62,906 bases of DNA, filler included, from Reticulomyxa filosa (GCA_000512085.1; 21 parts of 21 records of this genome joined end to end with filler, not necessarily neighbours in it), one strand, 5' to 3'. Numbered from the whole stretch's first letter, positions 25,913 to 39,042 are shown. The notes: generated by a model from the letters alone, not told the origin. Made by a program: numbers and translations.

Positions 25913-28504
25913 GGAGACCAGACTGGAGGAGGAGCGTCATCTTGGCCGTCGGGGAACAAACAAAAAAAAAAAATGAGAACGAAAAGCAAAACGAAAACGA
26001 AGAGGAAGATGAGGACGACGATGAATTAGCAGAGGATCTAGAAGAAGAAGAAGAAGAAGAAGAAGAAGAGGAAGAAAGGGATGAAGAAAAACAAGATCAA
26101 CCAAAAAAACCTACGTTTGGACTAACAACGTCGAATGGGGATGTGCTATCATCCATGACGATTATCCCCACCGCGCCAAAGCGCAAAGAGGTGGCAGTGC
26201 TGACATCATACGACCTATTTGGTGAGCTGACAGTGGAGGGTAAGGACAGCCGACGTACGGCGACGTGTGCATGCCAGACGGTAGTGGAAGTAGCGTACTG
26301 GAGACGAGAGACATACGACCGATACATCAAGCCGTTGAAAGCGAACAAGACCAAGGCGTTGCAAGTGGTGAAAGACAAGGATGGGAAGGTGTTATCGGAA
26401 GACGAGTTGACGCAAAAAGCGGCATTTTTTTTGGAAGACGCGATGCAAAAGAGACCATTGAAGATGCATCGAACGGGCGAATGGCCGCAGTTTGTGCACC
26501 AGTTGATCAACAGCTCGTGGTTCACAATGAGCATGTATTTGGCATCATTGATGTTATTGGGACTGATGTTTTTGGAGCCTCCTTGTTATGGCGACTATCG
26601 TGCAGGAGGTATCTATGAGTCGCGCATCGGCATAGCATTGGGTCTGGAGTGGATGCTATTCCTTATCTTTTTGGCCGAGTGTCTGTTACGTGTGTATTCG
26701 TTCGGCACAAAGTGGTTCCTGGACGCTGACGTACACCGTGCACGCGTTGTCGCACTATCCATTCTGGGCTTGGATTTGCTGATCGCGTCCGGACTGCAAG
26801 GACGGTCATTTCGATTCAGTCGCGTATTTCGTCCAATGTTTCTGTTTATCTTTTATCGGCCATTGCGACAGGCATACTTGATCGCAATCTATTGTCTGCC
26901 CGCGACGATGGAGATCCTACTGCTGACGTTGCTGATCATGGCGGCGTTTGCGAGAGCAGGCATTCACATGTTTGCATTTGGGAAGGACTTGTACCAAAAC
27001 AACAACTTTGTGACTGGAGAGCCGCCATACCATAATCTGCATTGCGATCAGGACATGTGCTATCACAACAATACTGGATGTTGCAATGTTGACTCCACGG
27101 TGTTCCAGTCGTTTGATAGCTTCGTTCGGGGAATGGCTTCGTTATACGTACTAATGACCACGGAGAATTATCCCGACATTCTTTGGCCTACGTGGATGAA
27201 TGGACATTTCTATTGGACGTATTTCCTACTGTTCCTTCTTTTGGTCACCTTCTTCCTCATGAATCTGTTCAGTGCTGCCATGTACGATGCCTTTTATCAT
27301 ATCCAAGTGAACACCATCTGGGTGGAAGAGGAACGCAGCGAGTCCGAGGCGCTGCAGGCAGCATGGACATGCTTGGACTCGGAAGCTTCCGGGGAAATTT
27401 CCTATGACAAGTTCAAAAAGTGCATGGGGTATTTGAAGCCCAATTACACCGACGTGCAGACCAATGTGCTATTCCAGCTGTTGGCCAACTCCAACGAGAC
27501 GCTGCATATCAACGAGGAGCAATTCAGTATGAATATTCTGAGCATCATGTATCTCAGTGTCACGAAAGTAACGCCGCGCACGCAATCGCGCAAAGAGTTT
27601 GTGCGGTGGTGTCTGTCGTTTGTGTGTTGTCGCAACCGTCGCTATCGACGATATTGCATCTCCAAGCAAGGACTGTTGGACATTATTGCGGCATTTGAGA
27701 GCAAGTATTACACGATTTTGAAGAGTCTGTTGATCGTGTTGGACTGTCTGGCTTTGCTCATTTATCACGACGCATATCACACGTGCTTTGTGTTAGATAC
27801 AGTATTGGCCTTTGTGTTCGTCGGACTGATCGCATGCGAAATGACCTTTGTGCATAGCATGGTATGGCGATTATTCTGGCCCGAGAGTCTGGAGGAGGGA
27901 TTGATGAACAAGATCGAGTTCGTGGTGACCATTATTCATCTCATTAGTGTATGCGTCGGACTGAAAGACGACAAGACCTGGATCACCACCTTCCGCTTCA
28001 TCGCACTGGCAAGAGCGTCATTCGTAGCCAAGCTTGCGTTTCAAAATGTGAAAAGTTTGCGATCGAGCATGCGTCGTGTCCTCACACGCACCTTTGTACG
28101 TATGCTGCCTGTGTTCCTCGGTTTAGTGATGGCCTTTACCGTCGGACTTATGTACGTATTCGCCATTGTCGGCATGGAGCTGTTCAATGAACCCAAATTA
28201 TATGGCAAGGATCGCTGCAACGAATCCTTGGCCCTCAATCATGATCCCACGGCCGCCTTCTGCGACGCTCAAATGGCCATCATCACGTTGTTCCACATCT
28301 TTTGCAGTAACAACTGGAACGACTCCATGTTCTACGCCGTTAAGTACTTTGACAACAACATGGGCGTCAGCATCTACTTCCTCCTCTTCCACTTCAGCGG
28401 GCCCGTCTTCATGCTCAACATGTTGCTGGCTGTGTTCTTCGAAATGTACTTTGAAATATCGCAAACGCTGGACAGCGATCTCAATGAGACCTTCATCGAT
28501 GACG

Positions 28505-28535
<31 letters not shown>

Positions 28536-28762
28536 AAAGCAAAAGGATGAAGAGTTGGACAATCATCTCGACGAAGGCAAACAAGAAGGAGGAGAAGGGG
28601 GAGCTGCTGGTGGTGCTGGTGGAGACGAAGGTCAAACTACTCACACAAATGCTACCATTCCGGGAACAAATGATATCACTGCTGCCAATGTCAATACCAA
28701 TGCAATAACGATGACCACTACCATTGCTATTTCTTCTTCTTCTTCTGCTGCTGCTGCTGCTG
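25913..28762 (+). CDS. Two-pore channel (TPC) with N-terminal cyclic-nucleotide-binding domain, partial
   Basis: Two 6-TM repeats: S4 RSFRFSRVFRP, pore I SLYVLMTTENYPDI, EF-hand-like linker AWTCLDSEASGEISYDKF, pore II TLFHIFCSNNWNDSM, S6 LNMLLAVFFE. Upstream lies the CNBD motif VAVLTSYDLFGEL..SRRTATC..VEVAYWRRETYDRYI. Confidence 0.9.
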
Positions 28763-28884
28763 NNNNNNNNNNNNNNNNNNNNNNNNNNNNNNNNNNNNNN
28801 NNNNNNTTAATTAATTAANNNNNNNNNNNNNNNNNNNNNNNNNNNNNNNNNNNNNNNNNNNNCCCCCCCCTTGTTTATTGATAG

Positions 28885-31514
28885 GGCACAAAAAAAGGAG
28901 ATGAGCCGAGGATTGGCGTATTGGTTACATGGTTTATAGCGCAGCTGTTATGCTTAATTGGAGAGGTGAACACAATCGCACCACTCGCCACCGCGTTTTT
29001 TTGCATTTCTTACGCTGCTGTCAATTTTTCTTGCTTTTTGTTACAAATTTCCGGTGCTCCAAATTTCAGGCCAGAGTTTAAATACGCGTCCTGGCATTTG
29101 TCGCTCTTTGGCTTTTTTTTGAACGTTGTTGTCATGTTTTACGTGGACTATATTTTCGGTCGGTTTAATATGTATATATACATATACATATATATGAATA
29201 CATACATGTATATATATATTTTTTTTTTAAAGTATTTTTATATAAAAAAAAAAAAAAAAAAAAATACATGTACACGCATATAAATATATATTTTTGTATA
29301 TACACATACATATATGTTAAATGTAACATGAGTACGTAAACAAGAAAAGCTCGTTCATTTGGATTGTATGTGGGTCACATTATAGGCCTTGGTGCTGTAG
29401 CCTGCACCATTGCAGTGTTTGTATATTTATTGTATCGGTCGCCTTCATATGTGTGGGGAGATGTAACACAGTCTGTGATTTATCACCAAGTTCGAAAGTA
29501 TTTGCTGCGATTAGACGAGCGTAAGATGCACAGCAAGTTATGGCGCCCTAGTATGTTGCTATTGGTGGACAATCACGATTTGGCGTTGATCGATTTTTGC
29601 AACACGTTAAAAAAAGGAGGACTGTATGTTGTCGGGACAGTGCTGACTGGAGAATTTGATCAATTTGCAGATATGACGAATCACATTCGTCGACAATGGT
29701 TGGCATTTATTGACAAAAATGATATCAAGGCATTTCCACAAATCAGCATTGCCCCAAATGCACGTGTAGGGTATGAGAACATTTTATTGCTGTGTGGATT
29801 AGGCGCGATGCAGCCCAACACAGTGGTATTGCCATTGATCCGACTACCACTCTCTTCCTACCTTGGTCTTGATGAACAGAAGAACAACGATGTCGGTGAC
29901 AATCTGAAGGAGATGGGCACTGATGCAAGACCACAGAAGCCAAAGCTGTCCATATTTCGAGATTTGCCAGAGGAACTACAAGACCTGGTCGTCAACTCGC
30001 CGGCCGAAATGAGTCCATTGGACTACTTGACGTTACTCAAAAACATTTTGAGATTTGAGAAAAACATTGTTATCACTGAAAACTTTTCCAAATTGGATTA
30101 CCAATTACTTGTGAGCCGGCCAATTCAACAGCACGTGCAACTCCATGCCTCACAGCTTCTCTCCAGAGAGAAGGCAGACGAAAGCGTCAAGATTGATCTT
30201 TTCAGTTTGGTTTGGAAACATACTGTGACAGATATTGTGTCTAATGTGACAACTTCGGATCTCAGAACTTGTATTTTTTTTTTTCCTATAAAAAAAAAAT
30301 ATAATAATAGAATCGGTAAGCTTATGGGGAGAAAGGGGAAAAATTGCAAAAGAAAAAAAAGTAGACGGAACGGGGAAAAGTGCAAAGAACGTCGAGGAAA
30401 AAGAAAAAGAAAATGAGAAAGTTCCAATTCTAAAAACGGAAAAAGAAAAGGCAACGAATGGACACAAAACGGAAGATGAACAAGAAAATACACATAAGCA
30501 TGAAAATGGCAATGCGGACGAGGAAGAGGAGAAAATTAAAGCACAAGAAGAAGAAGAAGAAGAAGAAGAAGAAGAAGAAGAAGAAGAAGAAGAAAAGAAG
30601 AAGAAGAAGAAGACGAAGAGAAAAATACAGACAATAACAATAATGATAATGATAATGATAATGACGATGAAAGAAAAGAAAAAGAACAAGAAAAGGATAA
30701 CAACAACAATAATAATAATAAAGAGGAAGTGGAAGACGCAGAGGAACAAACTGCAATAGGTTCATTAGGACGATCGATGGAGAGTCGAGAATATCAGGAT
30801 CAGGAGAGCCAAATCCCACTTATCGAAGAAAGCCGTTGGGCCGTTCAAGACAATGGTGCACTTTCCTTGCCACGTGAAAAATTGGAGAGATATTGGACAA
30901 AATCGGGCAGAAGAGATGAGTCCCGAGTCGAAAGCAAATGGGTCGATGTTTGGATGTGGGCACGCAAATACTCTTTTGATTTCAAAGATCAACACAAGAA
31001 AGACAAAACATTTCCTATGCTGATGATGCAATTGGCACATATCATATTGCTAAACAAAGTATGGGATAAGAAAGCCAGTTTGAGAGTTTTTTTAGTTGTC
31101 GACAAAACTTGGAATGACAATGATGATCAAAAATTTCGAGATATAATCAAAGATTTGAGGATCAAAGTAGAGGACATTGTTAATATTTGTATCACCGATT
31201 TACACAAACCCAAGTGGACAGAGATCTTGGAAGAAATTAAATCTTGTGAACAAGAATATATGTCCGTCCCAACTGTTACAAAAATCAAAAGTTATTATCA
31301 ATCGCTTAATGACATTATGTTAAAGTCATCTCAAGGGACTCATTTGCTCTTTTTGGCGTTACCAGAAATGCCATTACTCTCCAAAAACAAATCCATTGAT
31401 GAAAAATGTGCCGTCATTTATTTTGAGTGTTTGGCTTCTTTAGTCAAAGATTTGCCTCCCACTGCAATGATTGAGACCGGAGAACCTATCCCAGTCATTT
31501 CCATTGACATTTAG
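28885..31514 (+). CDS. SLC12 cation-chloride cotransporter (SLC12A9/Vhc1-like), 5'-partial, spliced
   Basis: NTIAPLATAFF.ISY..VNFSCFLLQISGAPNFRPEF, WGDVTQSVIYHQVRKYLLRLD, WRPSMLLLV, GLGAMQPNTVVL, and C-terminal LVKDLPPTAMI..VISIDI. Confidence 0.9.
30547..30720 (+). repeat. (GAA)n and (AAT/GAT)n trinucleotide repeats in the SLC12 C-terminal loop
   Basis: Long gaa run giving poly-Glu/Lys, followed by Asn/Asp repeats. Confidence 0.8.
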
Positions 31515-31899
31515 ATTGCAAGAGAGGGAGAGCAGAAAGGAACAAATTAGCTAATATAATTCACTAACTTAAAATAAAATAAACCAATTTTGGGATATGT
31601 TTTGTTGTTTTCTTTTTTTTTTTGTTGCTGTAATTTTATTTTTTTGAATGCAATTATAAGCAAGATTGCCTTTGTTTCTCGATAAATAAATATAAGTTGT
31701 TTTGTTGTGAAAATGAGGATGTTTTACTGCAATTATTATGACCCGAAACCATCGTTCACCACTTACGTTGTTACTTTCTCTCTGGTCTGCTTTAGCTTTG
31801 CAATTAACACAGAAAGGTAAAGAAATTTTTTCCCTTTTTCTTCTTTTCTGTTCGTTGCATTCAACGAAAAAACAAAACTAAAAGCAAAAGAGTTGCAGC

Positions 31900-32733
31900 A
31901 TGTCTTTACAATTTCTTCGAGATGCTTTTACTGAATTGATAGAAGTGGATGGGTTATTAGTCATGGCACAGGGTCTCGGGGCGTCTGAAATTTTGTACAG
32001 ATTGATACAATTGTATTCGAAAGATAAATTTTTGGTGTTTGTGATGAACGTACCAGAAAAGGACCTGTTGTATGTCCAACAAAGGTTATTAATCGATTAT
32101 ACTAATACACAGTCATCAAAGGGAAAGGGGAAATCACATACCCGCAATCCAAGTGATAACATCGCAAATACCTGTTGACAAGCGCCAACAAATTTACTTG
32201 TGTGGTGGTTGCATTTGTGTGACATCGAGAATCCTCGTTGTTGATTTGTTGAATCATGTGGTTCCATTTTCCTCGATAACAGGTATGAAAGGGTGCATTT
32301 TGGTTTGCTTGTTTTGCGTTTGTCTTTGCCAATACATAAATAAATGAAAGAGGACAAAAAAAAAAAAAAGAAGAGCGCTAAGTCGCAGCTGCAGGCGCTC
32401 AGAACAACAACAACAAAAAAAAGTGTTTAACTTTTTGATATACAATACATCATATATACATATATGATGTATGTTTTCTGAAAAAGTGTAGGCATGATCG
32501 TGAATCAAGCGCACAAAATAACCGAGACATGTTTGGAAGCGTTTATCTTAACAATTTTTCGCAACAATAACAAAACAGGATTTGTGAAGGCATTGTCACA
32601 GCACCCAGAGGCTTTTGTGAGCGGCTACAATGAGTTTCTAAAAAAGATGAGATATCTGTACGTGGTTAAGCCGCTGTTGTGGCCAAGATTCCGAGCACCG
32701 GTGCACAACGAGCTCAAAGAGCATCAATTGGAG
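31900..32733 (+). CDS. ERCC4: DNA repair endonuclease XPF/ERCC4 (Rad1) N-terminal helicase-like region, 3'-partial
   Basis: DGLLVMAQGLG; R.QIYLCGG..CVTSRILVVDLL; ITG | MIVNQAHKITETCLEAFIL.IFRNNNKTGFVKA; LWPRF. One-base frameshift in the G/A run near 32125. Confidence 0.88.
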
Positions 32734-32906
32734 GTAATGATATCTGTGTTTGTGTGTATGTTCCCAAGTGTTTGTTTGATAAGCGTGCAAAAAAAAAAAA
32801 AAAAAANNNNNNNNNNNNNNNNNNNNNNNNNNNNNNNNNNNNNNNNNNNNTTAATTAATTAANNNNNNNNNNNNNNNNNNNNNNNNNNNNNNNNNNNNNN
32901 NNNNNN

Positions 32907-34323
32907 GGTACCCACATTTGGAATTTCAAAACGCGATTGAAGAACACATCAGTGAGTGTGAAGAATATCCAGAAGAAGGTTGCTTTCGCATTCAAACGTT
33001 TTCCGATTTTGGCAAAGAAAAAGGTGAAAAAATACCATCAAATCAGTTTGACTCTTCTTGTGCCAAATTCGTTCGCGCCAAATTGGAATGTGAAATGACT
33101 TTTGCCGAAGAGTTGGAATTGCAAGCATTCCCTTTTGATGTTAGCTTCTATTGATTTGTATTTATTTATTGATTTATGTGTGTATATACATATATATGTA
33201 TATGTATGTATTTTTGTTTTTCCTCTGTGCAAAACGGAGCACTCATGTGGTGTACACATTTAAACGAAAGTGTCAAGATCTGTCATGTGTGATTCACGAA
33301 CGAACCACTGGTGGCGTGCGTTGCGTCTTCTTGCCCGAGTTAAGGAATCCCAACTTTGCCTCGATTGATCCCCGTTATAGTGTCATCGACGAATGGGACT
33401 TGGAAACGGCCATGATCGAGTTTGGCGATGCCGATAGCAGCGCTTCCAGAGGTGGGGCTAGCTATGCCATGATTGTGCTGCGCTTGAAAGTCAAACGAAG
33501 TTTCTCACTCTTTTGTGCTTTTTTTTTTTATTATTACGTACCTTGTTCTTTCATTCGTGTCGGATATAACTTCTCCCTTCCTTGCATGTATTGCTACGAT
33601 AAAAGATATATGTTTTTTTTTTTTATATAACTTTGAACAAAAAATAAAATGAAAGGATGGAAGGTATTCTTGTGGAATATCCAATTTTTAATGGCATGCA
33701 TCTGCGGTTTGGCATTAACCGCGTTTTCACTGGGAGGTATAGACAACCTGGGAAATAGACTAAACTTACTCATTACATTGATTTTGACTGCTGTCGCATT
33801 CACATTTGTGGTGTTTGATAATTTGCCCAACGTACCTTATCTTACTTACATGGTATTCAATCTTACCTATCTTTTTTTTTTAAAAAAAAAAAAAAGAAAC
33901 TAAAATAATAATATGAAAAATACGTAGGATAAGTACATATTGTTTTCATATGGATATTTAGTGGCGTTGATGGTAGAAAGTGCGTTTGTCAATTCCGTCA
34001 ACTCAAAACTGGACAGATATTTTTTTTTTGCATTTTTGTCGTTTTGGATTTTGTATCATATTGCCTTTTTCATTTATGCCATTCAAATTCGAAAGGAAGA
34101 ACAATTGAAATTATTCTTCAGCAGTGATGAAATCGAACAAGAAGTCAATTTATTACGTCCTTCCTTGCATTTCGATTACACCAAGAGATTGCGCTCTGGT
34201 TTGTTTGCTCTTTCTTTCTTTTAGTTGTTGTTAGACTTTATTTTGATTAAATAAATACACAAAAAAAAAAGATAACGAATGAAGATTATTGTCATTTGTC
34301 AGAATGATGGCAATTACATAGGC
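32907..34323 (+). CDS. Cys-less pentameric ligand-gated ion channel subunit, 5'-partial, spliced
   Basis: LELQAFPFD|CQDL Pro-loop, DEWDL, LRLKVKR|RWKVFLWNI (pre-M1), GNRLNLLITLILTAVAF (M2), LPNVPYLTYM|DKY (M2-M3 loop). Confidence 0.85.
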
Positions 34324-34324
34324 C

Positions 34325-35880
34325 ATGAGCGATGACATTATAGAACAATTCAAATGCAACCAATACAGATTGGAGAAATTGTATGAAGCACGTTCTGAAC
34401 AATTTCGAATTGCTGCCGAAAGAGTTCATCAAGCACAAAAGCATAATTAAATGAAGAATTTGTTATGATGAGTGAAAAAAAAAGACATATATTGGAACAA
34501 ATCAGACAACGAACGAAGACACCGGAGACCAAATATATATGTTGGGAACGAATAGAGCTCGATATGGAGTAGATGAAGATGAAGTTGAATGATATCAATG
34601 AGAAAATTAATGCGGAAATGTAGCAGCGTTACTCAAATTTGATCAAAGACTACAAACAAAAATTGTATGACTTGCAAACGGCCATAGATTGACTCAATGT
34701 GTCCGCTTGGAACAAAACATATAGCAATTGGAAACTGACATATCAAAAGTCCATCAAAGTTAATTTTTTTGTTTTTTAAATTCAATCACCTTTTTTTTTC
34801 CATCCCTATTGCAAAAAAAAAATTGCATCAAATCAAATCTATATGCTTTCAATGAACTATGCAAAAAAAAATGTAGGAATTGACTAACTAGAATGCAGAT
34901 GAAATCAAATACTTACAACAAAAATGAATCTCTTCAACGTGATTTAAAAGTTAAAAAAAAGTATAAGTTTGCAAGTTTTCATTATATCACTATAACCTTC
35001 TACCCTTTTATGTGATTGTTACTATTTGTCAATTTGTTAAAAAATTGATGTAGTTAGATAATATGATAATATCAATACACAAACATATTTAAAAAAAATG
35101 TTAATAATAAACAAATGTTCAGACAAGGACAAAAGTTGGAACATCATGTTAGCGACATTTCATTGCAAAATGTGTTATATGTAAAGACCTTGGAAGCAAA
35201 CAAAGAACATTAGGCACATGACAACAACGAGAATTGAATCGATTTAAAATCACGATTGACAGTCTAAATTCGGAAAATAATATATACAATTCCGATTAAA
35301 AGTATGTGTATGTTTGACATTTAGTTTTAAAATTTTTTTTTTTATACAATTTTTGTACATTTTTTTTAAAAAAAAAATCAAAAACAAAGATGAATTGAGT
35401 AAAAAAAAACACTTATGTTATAACATTTTTTAAAAAAAGGACATGTGCAAATTGAAACAACAAATGCAAGCGTTGATACAACATAAAGATGAAATAACAA
35501 GGCGTTTGAAAGGTGAACTAGTGGAAATAGAAATAAAGCAACATTCGCAAGTCAAAGTGCTGCAACGAGAAAAAGATGAATATGTCAAAGCTACTATCAA
35601 CGCTTAGCTCAATGACACAACTGCCGAATTGCAATTACAAATCAAACAACTCAAACAAGAAAAAAGCAAGCATCAAGCAAGCATTAATTTACATTTCTTT
35701 TTTTAATTATAAAAAAAAAATCTTACGAGTTTTTATTATTTGTATAAATAAATATATAAATATATATAATGTATATAATATATTGTCAACTTAGGAAAAG
35801 AATTGTCAAGATGGAGCGTCCTGATCATGCAAAAGGAATTGAATCGCTGCTCCTGAGACTAAAGTGACGCCGGAAACGTC
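34325..35880 (+). pseudogene. Degenerate coiled-coil protein gene
   Basis: E/K/Q-rich heptad-like exon remnants with multiple stops, separated by intron-like AT runs. Confidence 0.35.
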
Positions 35881-35984
35881 GGGTNNNNNNNNNNNNNNNN
35901 NNNNNNNNNNNNNNNNNNNNNNNNNNNNTTAATTAATTAANNNNNNNNNNNNNNNNNNNNNNNNNNNNNNNNNNNNNNNNNNNN

Positions 35985-36963
35985 AGAACTTGGCTTCAAA
36001 ATTGACAGAATCTTTGAAATCCAAAACAAGTGACAGCGACGTGCCACAATTGGTAAATGAGAATTTCGAAGAGATTGCAAAGAGAGATGATATTCCAGAA
36101 ATCCAAGCAGACAAACTACCTGATTTGCGTATGTGCTTTTTTTTTTACATGCCGGACTTTTTTTTTTTTTTTGAAAATTACAAGCAATATATTTTTAATT
36201 TGAATATATGCATGTATACATTTATATTACTAATATACATATGTAACAGCTGCCGAATCAGATTCATTACTGGATGAAAAAAAATTTGTATTGGAAACGT
36301 GTGGTTAAGTCTTTTTTTTTGCTCTTATTTGTGCATGCATGCTACGTGCACCATTTTGCTTTGGCAGATAACGTGCATGTAATAAAGTGCAGATGATAAA
36401 AAAAAAAAGGATACGTTTATACGTAAAAATATATGTATATAATATATGTATGACTGCAAAAAGGATCGGAGCCATTGATTCGCAACTGGAACATCTTGAA
36501 CTCGTCTGAGCAAAGAGCGGCGAAATTGCTGATATTGTGCGAACAGCAGCACGTGTTAAGTGGATGGCCAGAGCCTGGAGTCGAAGATGAAGATAAAAAG
36601 ACTCTTTTGAAGCAAGTGTTGGAATTGAATCGAGAATATCCCGGAGGTTTGATAGTTAAGACGCTTTAATGTGATTGGCTCTGTGTGCTTGTGGCTATGG
36701 ATAATTTATTTGTCGTTTCGCTGTCACACAAACAAACACATAACGTACAAACCCAATCCATTGATTTTTTTTTTTTTTTTTTTGCATTCTGTCCGAATGG
36801 TCTCGCCAAGTAGGCATATCATAAGAAGGCTCGTGAGCTGTTGGAAGAGTCGGCCAAAGGAATTAATCCATTCCAAGGCTACGTGCCAGAGATCCCAGAT
36901 GGAGAAGTGGTCAAGTTCAATTCCGAACGCTTCCATTCTTTGGAACAAAGAGGCCTTCAAGAA
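35985..36963 (+). CDS. USP: UDP-sugar pyrophosphorylase N-terminal part, partial, spliced
   Basis: QQHVLSGWPEPGVEDEDKK..LNREYPGGL | AYHKKARELLEESAKGINPFQGYVPEIPDGE matches the plant/protist USP N-terminus. Confidence 0.85.
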
Positions 36964-37554
36964 GTTTTCACACTAACAAACATTTTTGTTTATATATCTC
37001 TCGTATATACAAACATATATGTACACATATATATGTATATATATATATATATATGTACATATATATNNNNNNNNNNNNNNNNNNNNNNNNNNNNNNNNNN
37101 NNNNNNNNNNTTAATTAATTAANNNNNNNNNNNNNNNNNNNNNNNNNNNNNNNNNNNNNNNNNNNNACAAACCATCGGATATTTTATTTTTGAATCGTAG
37201 TGATTTGAGTTCTGTCATTTATTTGTTTAAATTTGTAATTTCATTGGACAATTTTATTCAGCACATTGAAAGTGCAGCCAGTTGGAACAAAATCCACGCT
37301 GTTCTCCCTTTCTTAAAATTGTGAGCTACTGGGTTTTTATGGAACTTGATATCAACGGTCTGATCAAAATCTACGTTGGTATTCCTCAATTTTACGAACG
37401 AAATATTAAAATGTTTTTGATTATTGTTTTTATGTTTCATTTGTTTTACAAATTTTGATTTTGAAATTTATTTTACTATTGGTCTTTTCCCCTTTGGTTC
37501 CAACATCTACAACGCACTCTGTATTGTTAGACGCTATATCTACATGTGGGTCAT

Positions 37555-37995
37555 TGAAAGAGTTGGAGTTTCATATTAAAGGACTAACAACTGCTATCGG
37601 CTCCGAAATAGAAGCCATTCGCCAAGCATTGGAGTATATCACTCGATATCACGACAATATGCAGAATGCTTATTTTTCTCAACAAGTGCAATTCCGAAGC
37701 TTACAATTTCCAAATCGCAGAACAGAATGTGCCTGAAATCAAAGGTCATTCTGACATTCCTGGGAATAATCAAGCAGATATCGTGGCAAAGAGGATAAAT
37801 CAGCTCTGTTTCTGCAGGGCCTAAATCCATTTTTCACTTCCGAATGGAATAGACACTGGACCAGTCATTTGAAAAGATTGTTCTGCACAAATTATGAAAG
37901 GAAAATCGTGTGTCGAATTATCACAGGCAAAGTGGGATTAAATGGATCCATACTGCAGGTGAAGCAGTGGAGCACTTCCTGATCGAATGCCACAT
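37555..37995 (+). mobile_element. Decayed non-LTR retrotransposon fragment (RNase H plus C-terminal zinc knuckle)
   Basis: GSEIEAIRQAL, IKGHSDIPGNNQADIVAKR (RNase H), then CRIITGKVGLN..PYC..EAVEHFLIEC; frameshifted. Confidence 0.72.
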
Positions 37996-38665
37996 TATCA
38001 AAGACTTAGAAATGTATGGCAAAGTATTGATGTCGCATTTCAACTTCAAGACAACAAGTGTCAAATGGAATGAAGATCAATAGAAAGAAGAATAAAAGAA
38101 AGAATAACAAATATCAATAAGAAATCTGATGCATGAATTAGCAGAGGTTAAATCAGCATTCCTGCAATTACAATCAATTAACCCGATGTCAATGCAGTAT
38201 AAAAATAATTTTTTGATTGTCGCTGCACATTTGATTGGAATGGGTTGAGATGCCTTCTTCTTCAGGAATGCATCTTTATTTCTTGTCAATTTAATACCAA
38301 TCTTTTCTCTGCTTTGCGAATCAAATCACATTGCAATGAATCGCTTGGTGATACTTTCGACATAATACACATTTGTTAAAAAAAAAAAAAATTAATATCC
38401 CCTTCATTGGCTAACTAAAAAATCCAACAGGAGCAAATGCCGAAAGGGTGGCACAGATGNNNNNNNNNNNNNNNNNNNNNNNNNNNNNNNNNNNNNNNNN
38501 NNNTTAATTAATTAANNNNNNNNNNNNNNNNNNNNNNNNNNNNNNNNNNNNNNNNNNNNCCCCCCCCCCATCGCATATACATACATACAAAAAAAAATTG
38601 AAACTTAATACATGTATTCTTTGTTTCTTCGAAAATAAAATAAATAAAATAATATAAAAGTGTAC

Positions 38666-39042
38666 CTCGTCGTTGCCCTGTTTTTGGCATCTTTTCTCGA
38701 CTCTTGGATGAATATCAATTCATCACCGTCGAATAAATTCGATTGACTCCCTTTGCCTATTTTGTTTGTGTTGATGAAAGTCCCATTTGTACTGCAGTCC
38801 GTGACTCGACAATACATTGCATTTTTGTCGTCCGTCACTCGGTGGATTATGCAATGCAAACTCGATACTTGGGGCTCTGTTATCTCGTGATCTACGTCGC
38901 CCTTCGCTCGACCAAACTTTGTTTCGTCTGTATACAATTCTATCACTTGATAGGTTTTGGATGTTGGCATCAATCGTGCCCATACTGGATCTGATTCGTC
39001 TGTATCCCCGTAAGTTAGGCTTTGGGTATCAACTACTGCCAT
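38666..39042 (-). CDS. FHA-domain protein N-terminus (Chk2/Rad53- or CHFR-like), 3'-partial
   Basis: WARL..FGR..VSSLHC..VTDCSTNGTFINTNKIGKG..LFDGDELI; N-terminal DTQ motif. Confidence 0.85.
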
